From: a virus
Lineage: Duplodnaviria > Heunggongvirae > Uroviricota > Caudoviricetes
IMG/VR virus record: IMGVR_UViG_2693429677_000001
Strand: one strand, 5' to 3'
Length of the DNA: 6,008 bases
Of the stretch, positions 6,004 to 6,008 are shown piece by piece; within the stretch, counting starts at the first letter, position 1, and the number at the start of each line of letters is the position of its first letter. The notes under the pieces are model-generated. The model did not search any database. It was not told the origin of the DNA and saw only the letters and a program-made list of their open reading frames with translations. A program made the translations under genes and the position numbers.

Positions 6004-6008
6004 ATGGC
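6004..6008 (+). CDS. FII: Start of next late gene, probably tail tube protein (P2 gpFII-like); 3'-partial, only ATG GC in window
   Basis: AAGGAG Shine-Dalgarno at 5990-5995 followed by ATG at 6004 (M-A...), in the position FII occupies after FI in P2-like phages. Confidence 0.4.

Overview
This window is the tail-fiber / host-range module of a P2-like (Myoviridae-type) prophage, all on the + strand except one inverted cassette. In order: the 3' part of a tail fiber gene (1..1044), a tail fiber assembly (tfa) gene (1041..1511), a second 5'-truncated copy of the same fiber gene (1478..2722) with an intact tfa (2719..3324), then on the minus strand an alternative tfa' (3296..3715) and an alternative promoterless fiber C-terminal cassette (3719..4120), a Gin/Pin/Hin/Cin-family serine DNA invertase (4148..4741), the P2 FI-type tail sheath gene (4801..5991) and the first codons of the tail tube gene (6004..). 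Two things stand out. (1) A classic invertase-driven tail-fiber switch: inverted 26-bp crossover sites at 2172..2197 and 4067..4092 bound a ~1.9 kb invertible segment. (2) A perfect 1451-bp direct repeat (1..1451 = 1679..3129) that looks like a tandem duplication or an assembly artefact; it truncates the first tfa, leaves the second fiber copy without a start, and adds a third crossover site. I see no evidence for an undescribed system: no tRNA, rRNA, CRISPR, reverse transcriptase or toxin-like genes. All calls rest on reading the ORF translations against remembered protein families; no database search was run.
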